A program made the translations under genes and the position numbers. From an uncultured delta proteobacterium (GTDB lineage: Bacteria; Myxococcota; B64-G9), in assembly GCA_963754925.1 (NCBI GenBank), contig CAVWHX010000003.1:576001-640000 (forward strand): a DNA stretch of 64,000 nt, given 5' to 3'. The notes under the pieces were generated by a model. That model was not told the DNA's origin. It saw only the letters and a list, made by a program, of their open reading frames with translations, and made no database searches. Positions 50,661 through 61,244 of the stretch are shown piece after piece (the stretch's first letter is position 1; the number at the start of each line of letters is the position of its first letter).

Positions 50661-52730
50661 ATGAAAATCACAAAAAGTCCCCGGCCGTTGCTCGAACGAG
50701 CCATTCTCCGGCCAGCAGTGATAGAGTCTTTTCGCAAACTCGATCCGCGCTGGATGATCCGCAGCCCGGTTATGTTTGTGGTGGAAGTCGGCAGCGCCTT
50801 CACCAGCCTGCTTTTCTTTCATTCCCTCTTTTCCGGCGGCGCCGATACGGGATTCATCCTGGCCGTATCGGTATGGCTGTGGTTCACCGTCATCTTCGCC
50901 AACTTCGCTGAAGCCATGGCCGAAGGACGAGGAAAGGCGCAAGCGGACGCGCTGCGTCGCGCACGCAAACAGATCATCGCGAAACGCCTTTCCGAACCCC
51001 GGCGCGACGCCCCCCGGGAAGAGATCGCAGCGTCTCAACTCAGACGGAACGATGCGGTACTGGTCGAGGTCGGCGACGTTATTCCGGGCGATGGAGAGGC
51101 CATCGAGGGAATAGCTTCCGTCGATGAGAGCGCCGTCACCGGCGAAAGCGCCCCGGTCATCCGCGAAAGCGGCGGGGATCGCAGCGCGGTGACCGGCGGC
51201 ACGAAAGTGCTTTCTGATTGGCTCATCGTTCGCATCACCGCCGATCCCGGCGAAACATTTCTCGACCGTATGATCGCCCTGGTCGAGGGCTCCGTCCGTC
51301 AGAAGACGCCGAACGAAATAGCCCTCAACACGCTCCTCGCCGCGCTGACCATCATTTTTCTGCTGGCCGTCGTCACGCTGCGCGCCTACTCGATATACGC
51401 GGTCCAGACCGCCGGCCACGGCGAACCGGTGAGCATGACAACGCTCACCGCGCTTTTGGTTTGCCTCATTCCCACCACCATCGGCGGCCTGCTGTCCGCC
51501 ATCGGCATCGCCGGCATGGACCGCATGATCCAGGCCAATGTGATAGCCATGTCGGGGCGAGCGGTCGAGGCCGCCGGCGACGTCAACGTGCTGCTACTCG
51601 ACAAGACCGGCACCATCACGCTCGGCAACCGTCAAGCGGTTGCGTTCATCCCGGCCCCCGGCGTGCGGGAGCAGGCCCTGGCCGAAGCCGCTCAGCTTGC
51701 TTCTTTGGCCGACGAGACACCCGAAGGACGTAGCATCGTGGTTTTGGCCAAAGAGCGCTTTGGGCTGCGCGGGCGCGATCTCCGCAAGCTCGGCGTCCGG
51801 GTCATTCCCTTTTCCGCTCAGACCAGAACGAGCGGCGTGGATTTGGACGGGTGGTCTATTTATAAAGGGTCCGCCGATGCCATCGAACAGTTCGTCGGCG
51901 ACCAGGGCGGCAGCGTCTCCGACGAAGTCAAAGAGGTGGTCGCGGATCTTGCCCGCAGCGGAGCCACACCGTTAGTGGTTGCCGAAGGGCCGCGGGTTCT
52001 GGGCGTTATCCATCTCAAAGACGTTCTCAAAGGCGGAATCCGCGAGCGCTTCGCCGAAATGCGCACTTCGGGGATTCGCACGGTGATGATCACCGGAGAC
52101 AATCCGCTCACCGCCTCGGCCATCGCGGCCGAAGCCGGCGTGGATACCTTCTTGGCCGAGGCGACGCCGGAGAGCAAGCTCGCGCTCATCCGCGAGTACC
52201 AACAAAACGGCAACCTGGTGGCCATGACCGGCGACGGGACCAACGACGCGCCCGCCCTGGCACAGGCCGATGTCGCGGTGGCGATGAATACGGGTACCCA
52301 GGCGGCCAAGGAAGCCGGCAACATGGTGGATCTCGATTCCAATCCCACCAAGCTGCTCGACATCGTGGCCATCGGCAAACAGATGCTGATGACGCGCGGC
52401 TCCCTCACCACCTTCAGCATCGCCAACGACGTGTCCAAATACTTCGCCATCATTCCCGCGGCCTTCGCCTCGACGTATCCGGCGCTCGACGCGCTCAATA
52501 TCATGCGCCTTCACTCCCCAACGAGTGCGATTCTCTCCGCGGTAATCTTCAACGCCCTCATTATCGTCGCTCTTATTCCCTTGGCCCTGCGCGGGGTCCG
52601 TTACCGCCCGGCGCCGGCTTCGACGCTTTTGCGGCGCAACCTGCTTATGTATGGCGTCGTAGGGCTGGTGTTGCCGTTCCCCTTTATTAAAATCATTGAT
52701 CTATTTCTCACCGGAATAGGTTTGGTATAG
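50661..52730 (+). CDS. kdpB: K+-transporting ATPase subunit B
   Basis: [29 protein letters not shown]. Confidence 0.98.
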   Translation: MKITKSPRPLLERAILRPAVIESFRKLDPRWMIRSPVMFVVEVGSAFTSLLFFHSLFSGGADTGFILAVSVWLWFTVIFANFAEAMAEGRGKAQADALRRARKQIIAKRLSEPRRDAPREEIAASQLRRNDAVLVEVGDVIPGDGEAIEGIASVDESAVTGESAPVIRESGGDRSAVTGGTKVLSDWLIVRITADPGETFLDRMIALVEGSVRQKTPNEIALNTLLAALTIIFLLAVVTLRAYSIYAVQTAGHGEPVSMTTLTALLVCLIPTTIGGLLSAIGIAGMDRMIQANVIAMSGRAVEAAGDVNVLLLDKTGTITLGNRQAVAFIPAPGVREQALAEAAQLASLADETPEGRSIVVLAKERFGLRGRDLRKLGVRVIPFSAQTRTSGVDLDGWSIYKGSADAIEQFVGDQGGSVSDEVKEVVADLARSGATPLVVAEGPRVLGVIHLKDVLKGGIRERFAEMRTSGIRTVMITGDNPLTASAIAAEAGVDTFLAEATPESKLALIREYQQNGNLVAMTGDGTNDAPALAQADVAVAMNTGTQAAKEAGNMVDLDSNPTKLLDIVAIGKQMLMTRGSLTTFSIANDVSKYFAIIPAAFASTYPALDALNIMRLHSPTSAILSAVIFNALIIVALIPLALRGVRYRPAPASTLLRRNLLMYGVVGLVLPFPFIKIIDLFLTGIGLV

Positions 52731-52732
52731 CC

Positions 52733-53323
52733 ATGAAAACAATACTACGACCCGCGTTGGCGCTCCTGATCATCTTTTCGGTCTTTTTGGGCTTGGGTTA
52801 TCCGTTGCTCATGACCGGCGTCAGTCAACTCCTATTTCCGTTCGAGGCCAACGGGAGCATTCTGCAAAAGGACGGTACGGCTGTCGGCTCGGCATTGATC
52901 GGTCAGCCTTTTTCGAGCGCCTCCTATTTTTGGGGAAGGCTCTCGGCCACGGCATCGATGCCGTTTGACGCAAGCGCTTCGACCGGCTCGAATCTCGGTC
53001 CGACGAATCCGGCGCTGGCGCAAGCCGCAGCGTCGCGTATTGCGGCGCTCAAGGCCGCGGATGCTCAAAACCCCCTGCCGATTCCGGTCGACTTGGTGAC
53101 CGCCTCAGGCAGCGGACTGGACCCGCATCTTTCGGCGGCCGGGGCGTATTACCAGGTAGGCCGGATCGCCAGGGAACGAAACCTGCCCGAAACGGAGGTT
53201 TTACGGCTGGTCGAGCAACACATCCAGGGCCGAACCCTCGGCATCTTCGGCGAGCCCCGGGTCAATGTGTTAGAATTGAACCTTGCATTGGACAAGCTCG
53301 TAAAAGGGAGTAATAAGAATTAA
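52733..53323 (+). CDS. kdpC: K+-transporting ATPase subunit C
   Basis: GSALIGQ, YFWGR, SGSGLDPH, GEPRVNVLELNLALD. Confidence 0.97.
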   Translation: MKTILRPALALLIIFSVFLGLGYPLLMTGVSQLLFPFEANGSILQKDGTAVGSALIGQPFSSASYFWGRLSATASMPFDASASTGSNLGPTNPALAQAAASRIAALKAADAQNPLPIPVDLVTASGSGLDPHLSAAGAYYQVGRIARERNLPETEVLRLVEQHIQGRTLGIFGEPRVNVLELNLALDKLVKGSNKN

Positions 53324-53353
53324 CTATTACCGTTGCTTTGAGGATTGTGGCCA

Positions 53354-56077
53354 ATGGTTGACCAGGAGAGAAGACCGAACCCGGATGTTCTGCTGCAGCG
53401 AGTCCAGGCCGAAGAGAAGCGCCGCTTACGCACTCGCCTAAAGCTTTTCTTCGGGTATGCACCCGGTGTGGGTAAAACCTACTCCATGCTTGAATCCGCG
53501 CGCCGACTCAAAGCCGAAGGCTTCGACATCGTCGTCGGATGTGTGGAAACCCACGGCCGGCAGGAGACGGCCGTATTGCTTGAGGGTCTTGAGGTTGTCC
53601 CCAAGCGTGAGGTGACGTATCGCGGAACACGGCTCTTTGAATTTGACCTGGAATCAACCGTGGCCCGAAAGCCGCAGATCGTCCTGCTCGACGAACTGGC
53701 CCATACCAACGCGCCGGGCAGCCGACACCCGAAACGATGGCAAGATGTTTTAGAGTTGCTCGATGCAGGCATCGAAGTACATACCACGCTCAACGTGCAG
53801 CATGTGGAAAGCCTCAACGATGTGATCGCCCAGATCACCTGGATCCGCGTGCGGGAAACGGTGCCGGACGCCATCCTCGAACGGGCGGACGAAATCGAGC
53901 TGGTTGATTTGTCGCCGGACGAACTCCTGGTCCGCCTGCGCGAGGGCAAGGTGTACATTCCGGAACAAGCGCGGCAGGCGATGGATAATTTCTTTCGGCG
54001 TGGGAATCTTCTCGCGCTGCGCGAGATTTCCCTGCGACGGACGGCCGAGCGGGTTGACGTGGACGTCCGAACCTATCGCCGGGAGTACGACATTCAAACG
54101 ACCTGGCCGGCGAGTGAGCGTATCTTGGTTTGCGTTGGGCCGAGCCCCTCGTCGGCCCAGATCATCCGCGGCGCGCGCCGGATGGCCGCGGGGTTGCGGG
54201 CTCCCTGGGTGGCTATGTACGCCGACGCTCCGGATGCGTTCCCGATGACCCCGGAAGATCGTGAGCGGCTCCAGGCCCACCTGAGACTGGCCGAATCGCT
54301 CGGCGGCGAGGTGGTCCGGTTGTCGGGAAGCCAGGTCAGCAAAGAAATCCTGCGTTACGCCCGCGAGCATAACGTTACCCGTATTATCGTCGGTAAACCG
54401 AAACATTCGCGATGGCGGGACATTTTCAAAGGCTCGCTGGTCAACGAACTCCTGCGCGGCAGCGGCGAGATTGAAGTGCATTTCATCGCCGGCGACGATG
54501 TTCCTGTCCCCCGGCCACACCGAGAGCATTCCCCTCTTGAGATCCGTTGGACCAACCACCTTGCCGCCGCCGCGTTGGTCGCCGCCGCAACAGCGCTTTC
54601 GGTGCTGCTCCGCCAGTACCTGGCAACGCCCGACATCGTAACGTTTTATCTGCTTATTATTATGGTGGTGGCCTTCCGATTCGGTCGCGGCGCTTCCATC
54701 GTTTCCGCAGCTCTTTCCGTTGCGGCGTATGATTTTTTCTTTGTGCCGCCGCTCTACGTTTTCAATGTGGCGGACTCCCGTCATTTTCTTACCTTTGCTA
54801 TGATGTTCGCCTTGGGATTGACCATCAGCAGCCTAACCGAGCGGATTCGCCGGCAGGAGCGGGATGCACGGGTGCGGGAGCAACGAACCGCCACGCTCTA
54901 CTCACTGACGCGCGAGCTGGTTGCCGTGCTGGATGACGAACAAGCGTCGCTGATCACGGCCAAGCACGCGGCCGAGGTCTTCGGCGGCTTCGCGGCGGTG
55001 TTGCTGCGCGATCCGACCGGTGCGCTTACCATTAAAGGCGCCAGCGACGCCGATGTTCAGCTCGGCGTCGAGGAGCAGGCGGTGGCAGCTTGGGCGAGCG
55101 AGCATGCACGGCCCGCGGGCCTTGGTACAGACACGTTGCCTGGTTCGCGCGTTACCTGCTTCCCCTTGCAAACCGGCACCAAATCGCTCGGCGTGCTCGC
55201 CCTGCGGCTTGCCTCAGGAACCGCGCTCGAAATCGAGCAGCGCACCTTTATCGAAGCTTTCGTCCGGCAGGCCACCGTGGCCATAGAACGCGCCCTTCTC
55301 AGCGAAGAGGCGAAAACGGCGGCGCTTCGGATACGGACGGAGGAGATGCGCAGCTCGCTGCTGAGCGCCGTCTCCCACGATCTCAGGACGCCGCTCGCGG
55401 CCATCACGGGCGCGGGCACAGCGCTGCGTGACGACGACGGTCGGCTCGGCCAGGGGCAGCGGGCCGAGTTGCTCGATACCATTTGCACCGAGGCCGAGCG
55501 CATGGAACGCCTCATCGGTAATTTGCTCGACATGATGAAACTTGAGTCCGGCGGCATGGCGCTCAAGCGCGAATGGGTTCCGCTCGAGGAAATTGTGGGG
55601 TCGGCGCTGACACGACTCGAATCGCGTCTTTCGGAGCGCGAGGTATTGATGAATCTTCCCGATACGCTGCCGCTGGTGTCGGTCGACCCGGTGTTGTTCG
55701 AACAAGTCTTCGTCAACCTCTTTGACAACGCCTTGAAGTACACACCGCCCAAAAGCCCTATCGAGGTTCGCGCGATCGCTCGCGATCACGTCCTTGAGGT
55801 TGAGATCGCCGATCGCGGCCCCGGGCTCCCGCCGGGCGGCGAGGCGTTGGTATTCGAGAAGTTTTGGCGGGGCGCGCACCCCGGAACGGGCGGCGTCGGT
55901 CTCGGACTGCCGGTATGCCGCGGCATCGTCCAGGCTCACGGCGGTACCATCACCGCGGAAACACGCCGCGCGGGCGGAGCGCTGTTTCGGATTAAGGTGC
56001 CCCTTCCCGAGGCTCCCCCCACCGGCACTATGGCGATCGATGGGGAGCCGCCGCTCGGCAGGGAGTCGACACCATGA
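53354..56077 (+). CDS. kdpD: Sensor histidine kinase KdpD
   Basis: APGVGKT, DELAHTN, NVQHVESLND, USP, 4 TM, GAF, SHDLRTPL, GLGL. Confidence 0.97.
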   Translation: MVDQERRPNPDVLLQRVQAEEKRRLRTRLKLFFGYAPGVGKTYSMLESARRLKAEGFDIVVGCVETHGRQETAVLLEGLEVVPKREVTYRGTRLFEFDLESTVARKPQIVLLDELAHTNAPGSRHPKRWQDVLELLDAGIEVHTTLNVQHVESLNDVIAQITWIRVRETVPDAILERADEIELVDLSPDELLVRLREGKVYIPEQARQAMDNFFRRGNLLALREISLRRTAERVDVDVRTYRREYDIQTTWPASERILVCVGPSPSSAQIIRGARRMAAGLRAPWVAMYADAPDAFPMTPEDRERLQAHLRLAESLGGEVVRLSGSQVSKEILRYAREHNVTRIIVGKPKHSRWRDIFKGSLVNELLRGSGEIEVHFIAGDDVPVPRPHREHSPLEIRWTNHLAAAALVAAATALSVLLRQYLATPDIVTFYLLIIMVVAFRFGRGASIVSAALSVAAYDFFFVPPLYVFNVADSRHFLTFAMMFALGLTISSLTERIRRQERDARVREQRTATLYSLTRELVAVLDDEQASLITAKHAAEVFGGFAAVLLRDPTGALTIKGASDADVQLGVEEQAVAAWASEHARPAGLGTDTLPGSRVTCFPLQTGTKSLGVLALRLASGTALEIEQRTFIEAFVRQATVAIERALLSEEAKTAALRIRTEEMRSSLLSAVSHDLRTPLAAITGAGTALRDDDGRLGQGQRAELLDTICTEAERMERLIGNLLDMMKLESGGMALKREWVPLEEIVGSALTRLESRLSEREVLMNLPDTLPLVSVDPVLFEQVFVNLFDNALKYTPPKSPIEVRAIARDHVLEVEIADRGPGLPPGGEALVFEKFWRGAHPGTGGVGLGLPVCRGIVQAHGGTITAETRRAGGALFRIKVPLPEAPPTGTMAIDGEPPLGRESTP

Positions 56078-56772
56078 ATGCGCCGGGACCGTTGGTCCTG
56101 ATCGTAGAAGATGAGCCGCAGATGCGGCGGTTTCTGAGAACCGCGCTTACGGCCCAGGAATTTCGCATTCTCGAGGCCGAGAACGCGAAGCAAGCGATAA
56201 TCGCTACCACAACGCATAACCCCGAGATCATCCTGCTCGACCTGGGCCTGCCCGATGAAGATGGCCTCGATCTCACACGCCAGGTCCGCGAATGGAGCCG
56301 CGTGCCCATCATCGTGATCTCGGCACGCGGTCGCGAGGACGACAAGGTGGCCGCGCTCGACGCCGGCGCCGACGATTACTTGACCAAACCCTTTGGCGTC
56401 AATGAGCTCCTCGCGCGCATTCGAGTCGCGCTCCGTCACTTCGTGCAAGCCTCATCCGCCGCAGGGGCGCCGATCCTGGAAATCGGTCCCTTGAGCCTGG
56501 ACTTAACACGCCGCACCGTAACCATCGACACTCAAGAGGTGCATTTGACGCCGATCGAATATCGATTGCTTTCGCTGTTGGCGCAAAACGCCGGAAAAGT
56601 GCTCACCCACCGTCAGATCTTGAAGGAGGTTTGGGGTTCCTCATATACCAATGAAACCCAGTACTTGAGAGTTTTCATGACGCAGCTTCGTCGCAAAATC
56701 GAACGCAACCCGGCCCGCCCGCGGTTGCTCATCACCGAACCGGGCGTCGGGTATCGCATGCGCGAATCATAA
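56074..56772 (+). CDS. kdpE: Response regulator KdpE
   Basis: LLDLGLPD, GADDYLTKPF, YLRVFMTQLRRKIE, TEPGVGYR. Confidence 0.97.
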   Translation: MNAPGPLVLIVEDEPQMRRFLRTALTAQEFRILEAENAKQAIIATTTHNPEIILLDLGLPDEDGLDLTRQVREWSRVPIIVISARGREDDKVAALDAGADDYLTKPFGVNELLARIRVALRHFVQASSAAGAPILEIGPLSLDLTRRTVTIDTQEVHLTPIEYRLLSLLAQNAGKVLTHRQILKEVWGSSYTNETQYLRVFMTQLRRKIERNPARPRLLITEPGVGYRMRES

Positions 56773-56814
56773 GAGGCTCTTAGCGAGCGAAGTGAGCTTA
56801 CGGGCGCTCATACC
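56772..56814 (-). repeat. Degenerate GGATAAGAG-family unit
   Basis: Minus strand GGTATGAGCGCCCG-taagctcacttcgctcgctaa-GAGCCTCT shares the core and TAA flanks. Confidence 0.55.
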
Positions 56815-56888
56815 AATTGACGTCAGGCCGCGAAAGAACCATATTCTAAACAGGTTACGCTCTGTCCTGAAACAAAGGAGTCGTATCC

Positions 56889-57692
56889 ATGCCGGCCTCA
56901 TACGAGCGCCTCAAAGAATTATTAAGACCTATGGGTGGGGTTGTGGTCGCTTTTTCGGGAGGCGTGGACAGCACCCTGCTGCTCGCCGCGGCGCGAGATG
57001 CCCTCGGAACCCGCGCCCTGGCGGTGACCGGCCGATCGGCAACGTACACACCGGAAGAGCTGGTGAGAGCAGGCGAGCTGGCTCAGTTGCTCGGCGTCAA
57101 TCACCTGGTCATTGAAACCAACGAGCTTGAGCATCCCTCCTTCAAGACTAATCCTTCCAACCGATGTTATTTCTGCAAGGGGGAGTTGTTTCACAAGCTC
57201 AAGGCAATCGCTACCCGGGAAGGCTTGACCGAGGTGATCGACGGCACCAATGCAGACGATCTCTCTGACGTTCGTCCCGGACGCAAGGCCGCGAAGGAAT
57301 TCGGGGTGCGCTCGCCGTTTATTGAGCTCGGAATCGGCAAGAGCGACATACGAACGCTGGCGAAAGAACGCGGGTTGCCGAATTGGGACAAACCCGCCGA
57401 GGCGTGTCTAGCCTCGCGGATTCCCTACGGAGAAGAAATCACACCCGCCCGGCTCGAACGGATCGGGCAGGCTGAAGGCGCCCTGCGCTATCTCGGCTTC
57501 AAGCACGTGCGCGTGCGCGATCATGGATTGGTAGCCCGGGTTGAGATCGCACCGGAGGAGATCGAACGGGCGTGTGGTTACGAAATCAGGCAACTCATGG
57601 TCGAGACGTGCAAGAAATGTGGATACACCTACGTTTGCCTTGATCTTGAGGGCTATCGGACAGGCTCGATGAACGAGTCTTTGCGGAACTAG
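56889..57692 (+). CDS. larE: LarE-family ATP-dependent sulfur insertase
   Basis: SGGVDS PP-loop, RCYFCK, DGTNADD, RPG, ACLASRIPYG, GYRTGSMN. Confidence 0.93.
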   Translation: MPASYERLKELLRPMGGVVVAFSGGVDSTLLLAAARDALGTRALAVTGRSATYTPEELVRAGELAQLLGVNHLVIETNELEHPSFKTNPSNRCYFCKGELFHKLKAIATREGLTEVIDGTNADDLSDVRPGRKAAKEFGVRSPFIELGIGKSDIRTLAKERGLPNWDKPAEACLASRIPYGEEITPARLERIGQAEGALRYLGFKHVRVRDHGLVARVEIAPEEIERACGYEIRQLMVETCKKCGYTYVCLDLEGYRTGSMNESLRN

Positions 57693-57721
57693 TAACTATT
57701 TTTTGAGATGAGGATAGCTCG

Positions 57722-58834
57722 ATGGACCAGACGAACAACACGATGCTTCCCGTTGATCGTACGCGGGTCGTGGTGGCCATGAGCGGGGGCGTCGACTCGA
57801 GCGTTGCGGCGGCGCTTCTCAAGGAGCGAGGCTTCGAGGTCATCGGCGTCACGCTAAAGCTTCAACCGCAGAACCCGACTGCCGATGCCGAGTCTGGTCG
57901 CACCATCGACGGAACGTCGCGGGCCAGAGCGGTCGCCGACATCCTGCAGATTCCTCACCACGTCTTAGCCTGCGAGAAAGAATTCGAGAATGCCGTGCTG
58001 AGGCCCGCCTGGACAGAGTACGCAAGCGGGAGGACGCCAAGCCCGTGCCTCTGGTGCAACGAGCGGATTAAGTTCGGCGTACTCGTCGATTGGGCGCAAT
58101 CAATCGGCGCCGACGTTGTTGCGACCGGCCACTACGCCCGGCGCATAGATGACGACGTCGGTAACCCGATATTGTTGCGGGCAGTCGACCGTAATAAGGA
58201 TCAATCGTACTTCCTGGCACGATTGACCGCTGCCCAACTTCGGCACGTTGTTTTTCCGATAGGGCACATGCATAAACGCGAAGTTCGCGACGCAGCGCGG
58301 AGGTTTGGGCTTCCCAACGCCGAGCAAAAAGAAAGCCAGGACGCCTGCCTGGTAGCGGCGGGAGACACCTTTGCCGAAGCTCTTCGGCAACGGTTTGGGG
58401 GAACGGCTCGGCCGGGCGCTATCATGGACCGATCCGGAAAGATTGTGGGTCGCCACGAAGGCATTCACCGGTTCACCATCGGTCAACGTCAGGGATTGCA
58501 CATCGTGTCCCCTACCCGCTCGTGGGTGGCGGCCATTGAATCAGCGTCAGGCACCGTCAGAGTCACGAACCAAGAGCACGACCTCATCACCCGCGGCCTC
58601 GTGACCACCGAAACCTGCTGGGTTGGACACGCACCAATCGTCTGGCCGGCAGCGTGCGAGGTCCAGGTGCGATACCGGCACGCGCCGGTCTCGGCAGCGC
58701 TTCTGCCGCTCGGTCCGGGTTCGCTGAGAATCACCCTTGAGACGGGCGTCCGCGCGATCACCCCCGGGCAGGCAGCGGTGTTGTATCGCGGCGAGCGCGT
58801 GCTCGGAGGCGGATGGATCAGCTCCCCCATGTGA
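57722..58834 (+). CDS. mnmA: tRNA 2-thiouridine(34) synthase
   Basis: MSGGVDSS, GRTPSPCLWCN..IKF, ATGHY, KDQSYFL, ESQDAC, TIGQRQG, TPGQ. Confidence 0.95.
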   Translation: MDQTNNTMLPVDRTRVVVAMSGGVDSSVAAALLKERGFEVIGVTLKLQPQNPTADAESGRTIDGTSRARAVADILQIPHHVLACEKEFENAVLRPAWTEYASGRTPSPCLWCNERIKFGVLVDWAQSIGADVVATGHYARRIDDDVGNPILLRAVDRNKDQSYFLARLTAAQLRHVVFPIGHMHKREVRDAARRFGLPNAEQKESQDACLVAAGDTFAEALRQRFGGTARPGAIMDRSGKIVGRHEGIHRFTIGQRQGLHIVSPTRSWVAAIESASGTVRVTNQEHDLITRGLVTTETCWVGHAPIVWPAACEVQVRYRHAPVSAALLPLGPGSLRITLETGVRAITPGQAAVLYRGERVLGGGWISSPM

Positions 58835-58864
58835 GATACCTATGGCAATAAGGAAACTATCATT

Positions 58865-59798
58865 ATGATCACCCTCGCCGATAAGATCAAAACGCTCTGT
58901 AAGAAACGAAATGCCGTTATTCTTGCCCACAACTACACGTTGCCGGACGTTCAAGACCTCGCCGATTTTGTCGGCGACTCCCTGGAGCTTTCTCTGCGGG
59001 CCGCCAAAACCGAAGCGGACATAATCGTGTTCTGCGGGGTGCACTTCATGGCTGAGACGGCAAAGATCCTCAATCCCCAGCGTAAGGTTCTTATGCCCGA
59101 CGAACGCGCCGGCTGCCCCATGGCGGACATGGCGGCCGCCGACAAGCTCCGTGAATTCAAGCAAGCCCATCCTGGGGTGGTTGTGGTATCGTATGTCAAC
59201 ACAACGGCCGCGATCAAGGCCGAGTCGGATATTTGCTGCACGAGCGCTAATGCTCAGGCAGTGGTCAAGACTATCCCGCTGTCTCGAGAAATAATCTTCT
59301 TGCCGGATAGAAACTTGGGCAATTGGGTTCAAAAGACCCGTGGTCGGCCGATGCTCCTGTGGAACGGGTATTGTTCAACCCATCAGAAACTGTTGCCCAA
59401 GCATCTCACTGAAACTAAAGAAAAATACCCCAGCGCACGAGTGCTCGCCCACCCCGAGTGCCGCGCTGAGGTTCTTGATATGGCCGACCACGTGGCGAGC
59501 ACCTCGGGAATTCTCTCCTACTGCAGATCTTCAAAGGAGAACGAATTCATCATCGCAACCGAGCTCGGTATCCTGCACCGGCTGCGTATTGAAAATCCAG
59601 ATAAGAAGTTCTACGAAGCCAGTCATCACCTGACGTGCCCGAATATGAAAAAGACCACGGTGGAGAAAATCTTGTGGTGCCTTGAAAGAACTCTCCGGCG
59701 AGGTGACCGTTGAACCGAGCGTTGCCAAAAACGCACGCGTATCTCTCGAAAGGATGTTAATCATTAATAAGACTCCGCCAAACGCCGCGATTGATTAA
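58865..59798 (+). CDS. nadA: Quinolinate synthase A, indel near 59686
   Basis: LAHNY, GDSLELS, CGVHFMAE, GCPMA, YVNT, CCTSAN, HPEC, CPNMK. Native tail LE(E)LSGEVTVEPSVAKNARVSLERML lies in the next frame and ends at 59798. Confidence 0.93.
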
Positions 59799-59903
59799 TT
59801 ATTGTCGAAGAATGTATCCCACCAATTTCTCAGGTTATTGTTGAAATAATTCGCTTGACTGCATGGTGAATAAGCTCATTAAAGCATATAAAAACGCCCA
59901 ACA

Positions 59904-61168
59904 CGGCGTCAACAGGTAGATGTGACACCACCTGAGGAAAGTAAGTCGTCGTCCTGAAACCAGGCCTCAAGGTCAACGGGTAGGAGCAAGAGGATGCTTG
60001 GGTCAAGGCCTTCATCCTCCAAGAGTTGTGCGGGTGTTTTAGCGCTCTTGGAGTAGTTGGGTCTGGCGAAGTTCCACCAGTGTTGGTAGATAGAGACCTT
60101 CTGGAAGAAGTCCTGTCTGGATGTAAATGGTTCGAGATCAAAGAACTCCTGTTCAATGGATGCATGGGAACTCTCAACATCGGCGTGGGCGTTTGGGGTG
60201 GCAGGGGGCAGGAATGGATGATCCCGGCCTGCTGGATTTGTGGCATGGAAGCCTCGTTCCCGCTCGTTCTTGTCATGGCCACCATATTCGACGCCGTTGT
60301 CGGTGGACAAGATAGCACGGCGGAGGTTGACGAGATGCTTTTTCAGGTGGGTCAGCAAGCGCCGGGAGGTCATGGTGGCGTAGGTGGTGGAGAGCTCGTC
60401 GGCGTAAGAGATAGAAGAGAGCACCGCTTTTGACATCACGGTGGGTGTACTGGTGTTTGGGGAGGCCGAGTTTCTTCATCTGCGGCCAGTAGGCGGGGAT
60501 ATCGAAGAGGGGTTTCATATCGGCCTGGAGGCGTTGGAAGCATCTGTATTTCAGCTTTGATAGCCCGCAGGTCGTTTTTGCGCTGACGCTTTTTGCGACG
60601 GCGGCCCGATAAGCCTTGCTGGCGCAGGATGCGAGCGATGGCGCCAGAGGAAGCAGTGATTCCGAACAGGTCGCGCAGGCGGCGCGGTCCGAAGCAGGGA
60701 ACCTTCTTGCGTGCGTTGAGGATCTCGCTTCTTGGTACCGGGAAGTCTTGTGGGGGCAGGTCTTGGGTCTCCGGGAGCGGTCCTGGAGTGAGGATACGAC
60801 CGCCGGCGTCAAAGCGGGCACGCCATCGCCGTACGGTGTTGGGGGTGGTAGCAAAGGCACGCGCAGCGGGGCGTATGCCGTGGGTCGTGGCGTACTGCAC
60901 CAACTGAAGGCGAAGCGAATATTTATGGTCTTTCGTGGTGGTCATGGCGTAATAACTAAATGGGGTCAGGGCCGTACCTCCTTGTGATGAAAGTCTTCGC
61001 AAACCTTCATTCAAGAGGATTTTGGTCCTGACCTCATCTCCTTTTTGTTGCCGCGGCTTCCTTGGGGGCTGCCCCCCAAGGAAGCTTTCCCTTCAACATT
61101 GCCAATCCCTTGCTCCCCATGCTCCTGAGAGCAGAAAGAGGTGGTGTCAGATCTACCTGGGCTTGCCC
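59904..61168 (-). mobile_element. IS481-like/ISNCY insertion sequence (about 1265 bp) with 16-bp target site duplication
   Basis: IRs CAGGTAGATGTGACACCACCT (59913-59933) and AGGTGGTGTCAGATCTACCTG (61139-61159); flanks ATAAAAACGCCCAACA at 59888-59903 and 61169-61184. Confidence 0.9.
59909..60945 (-). pseudogene. DDE (rve-type) transposase spread over several frames
   Basis: HTH GIRPAARAFATTPNTVRRW; QADMK, RDVKSG, STDNGVEY, NAHADVESSH..IEQEFF across ORFs 60436..61014, 60273..60860 and 59909..60439. Confidence 0.82.
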
Positions 61169-61244
61169 ATAAAAACGCCCAACATCATTTGACAACGCGC
61201 CAATTTTGAAATAAAAAATCAGTTCGAATAAAAAGAGACGTGGT

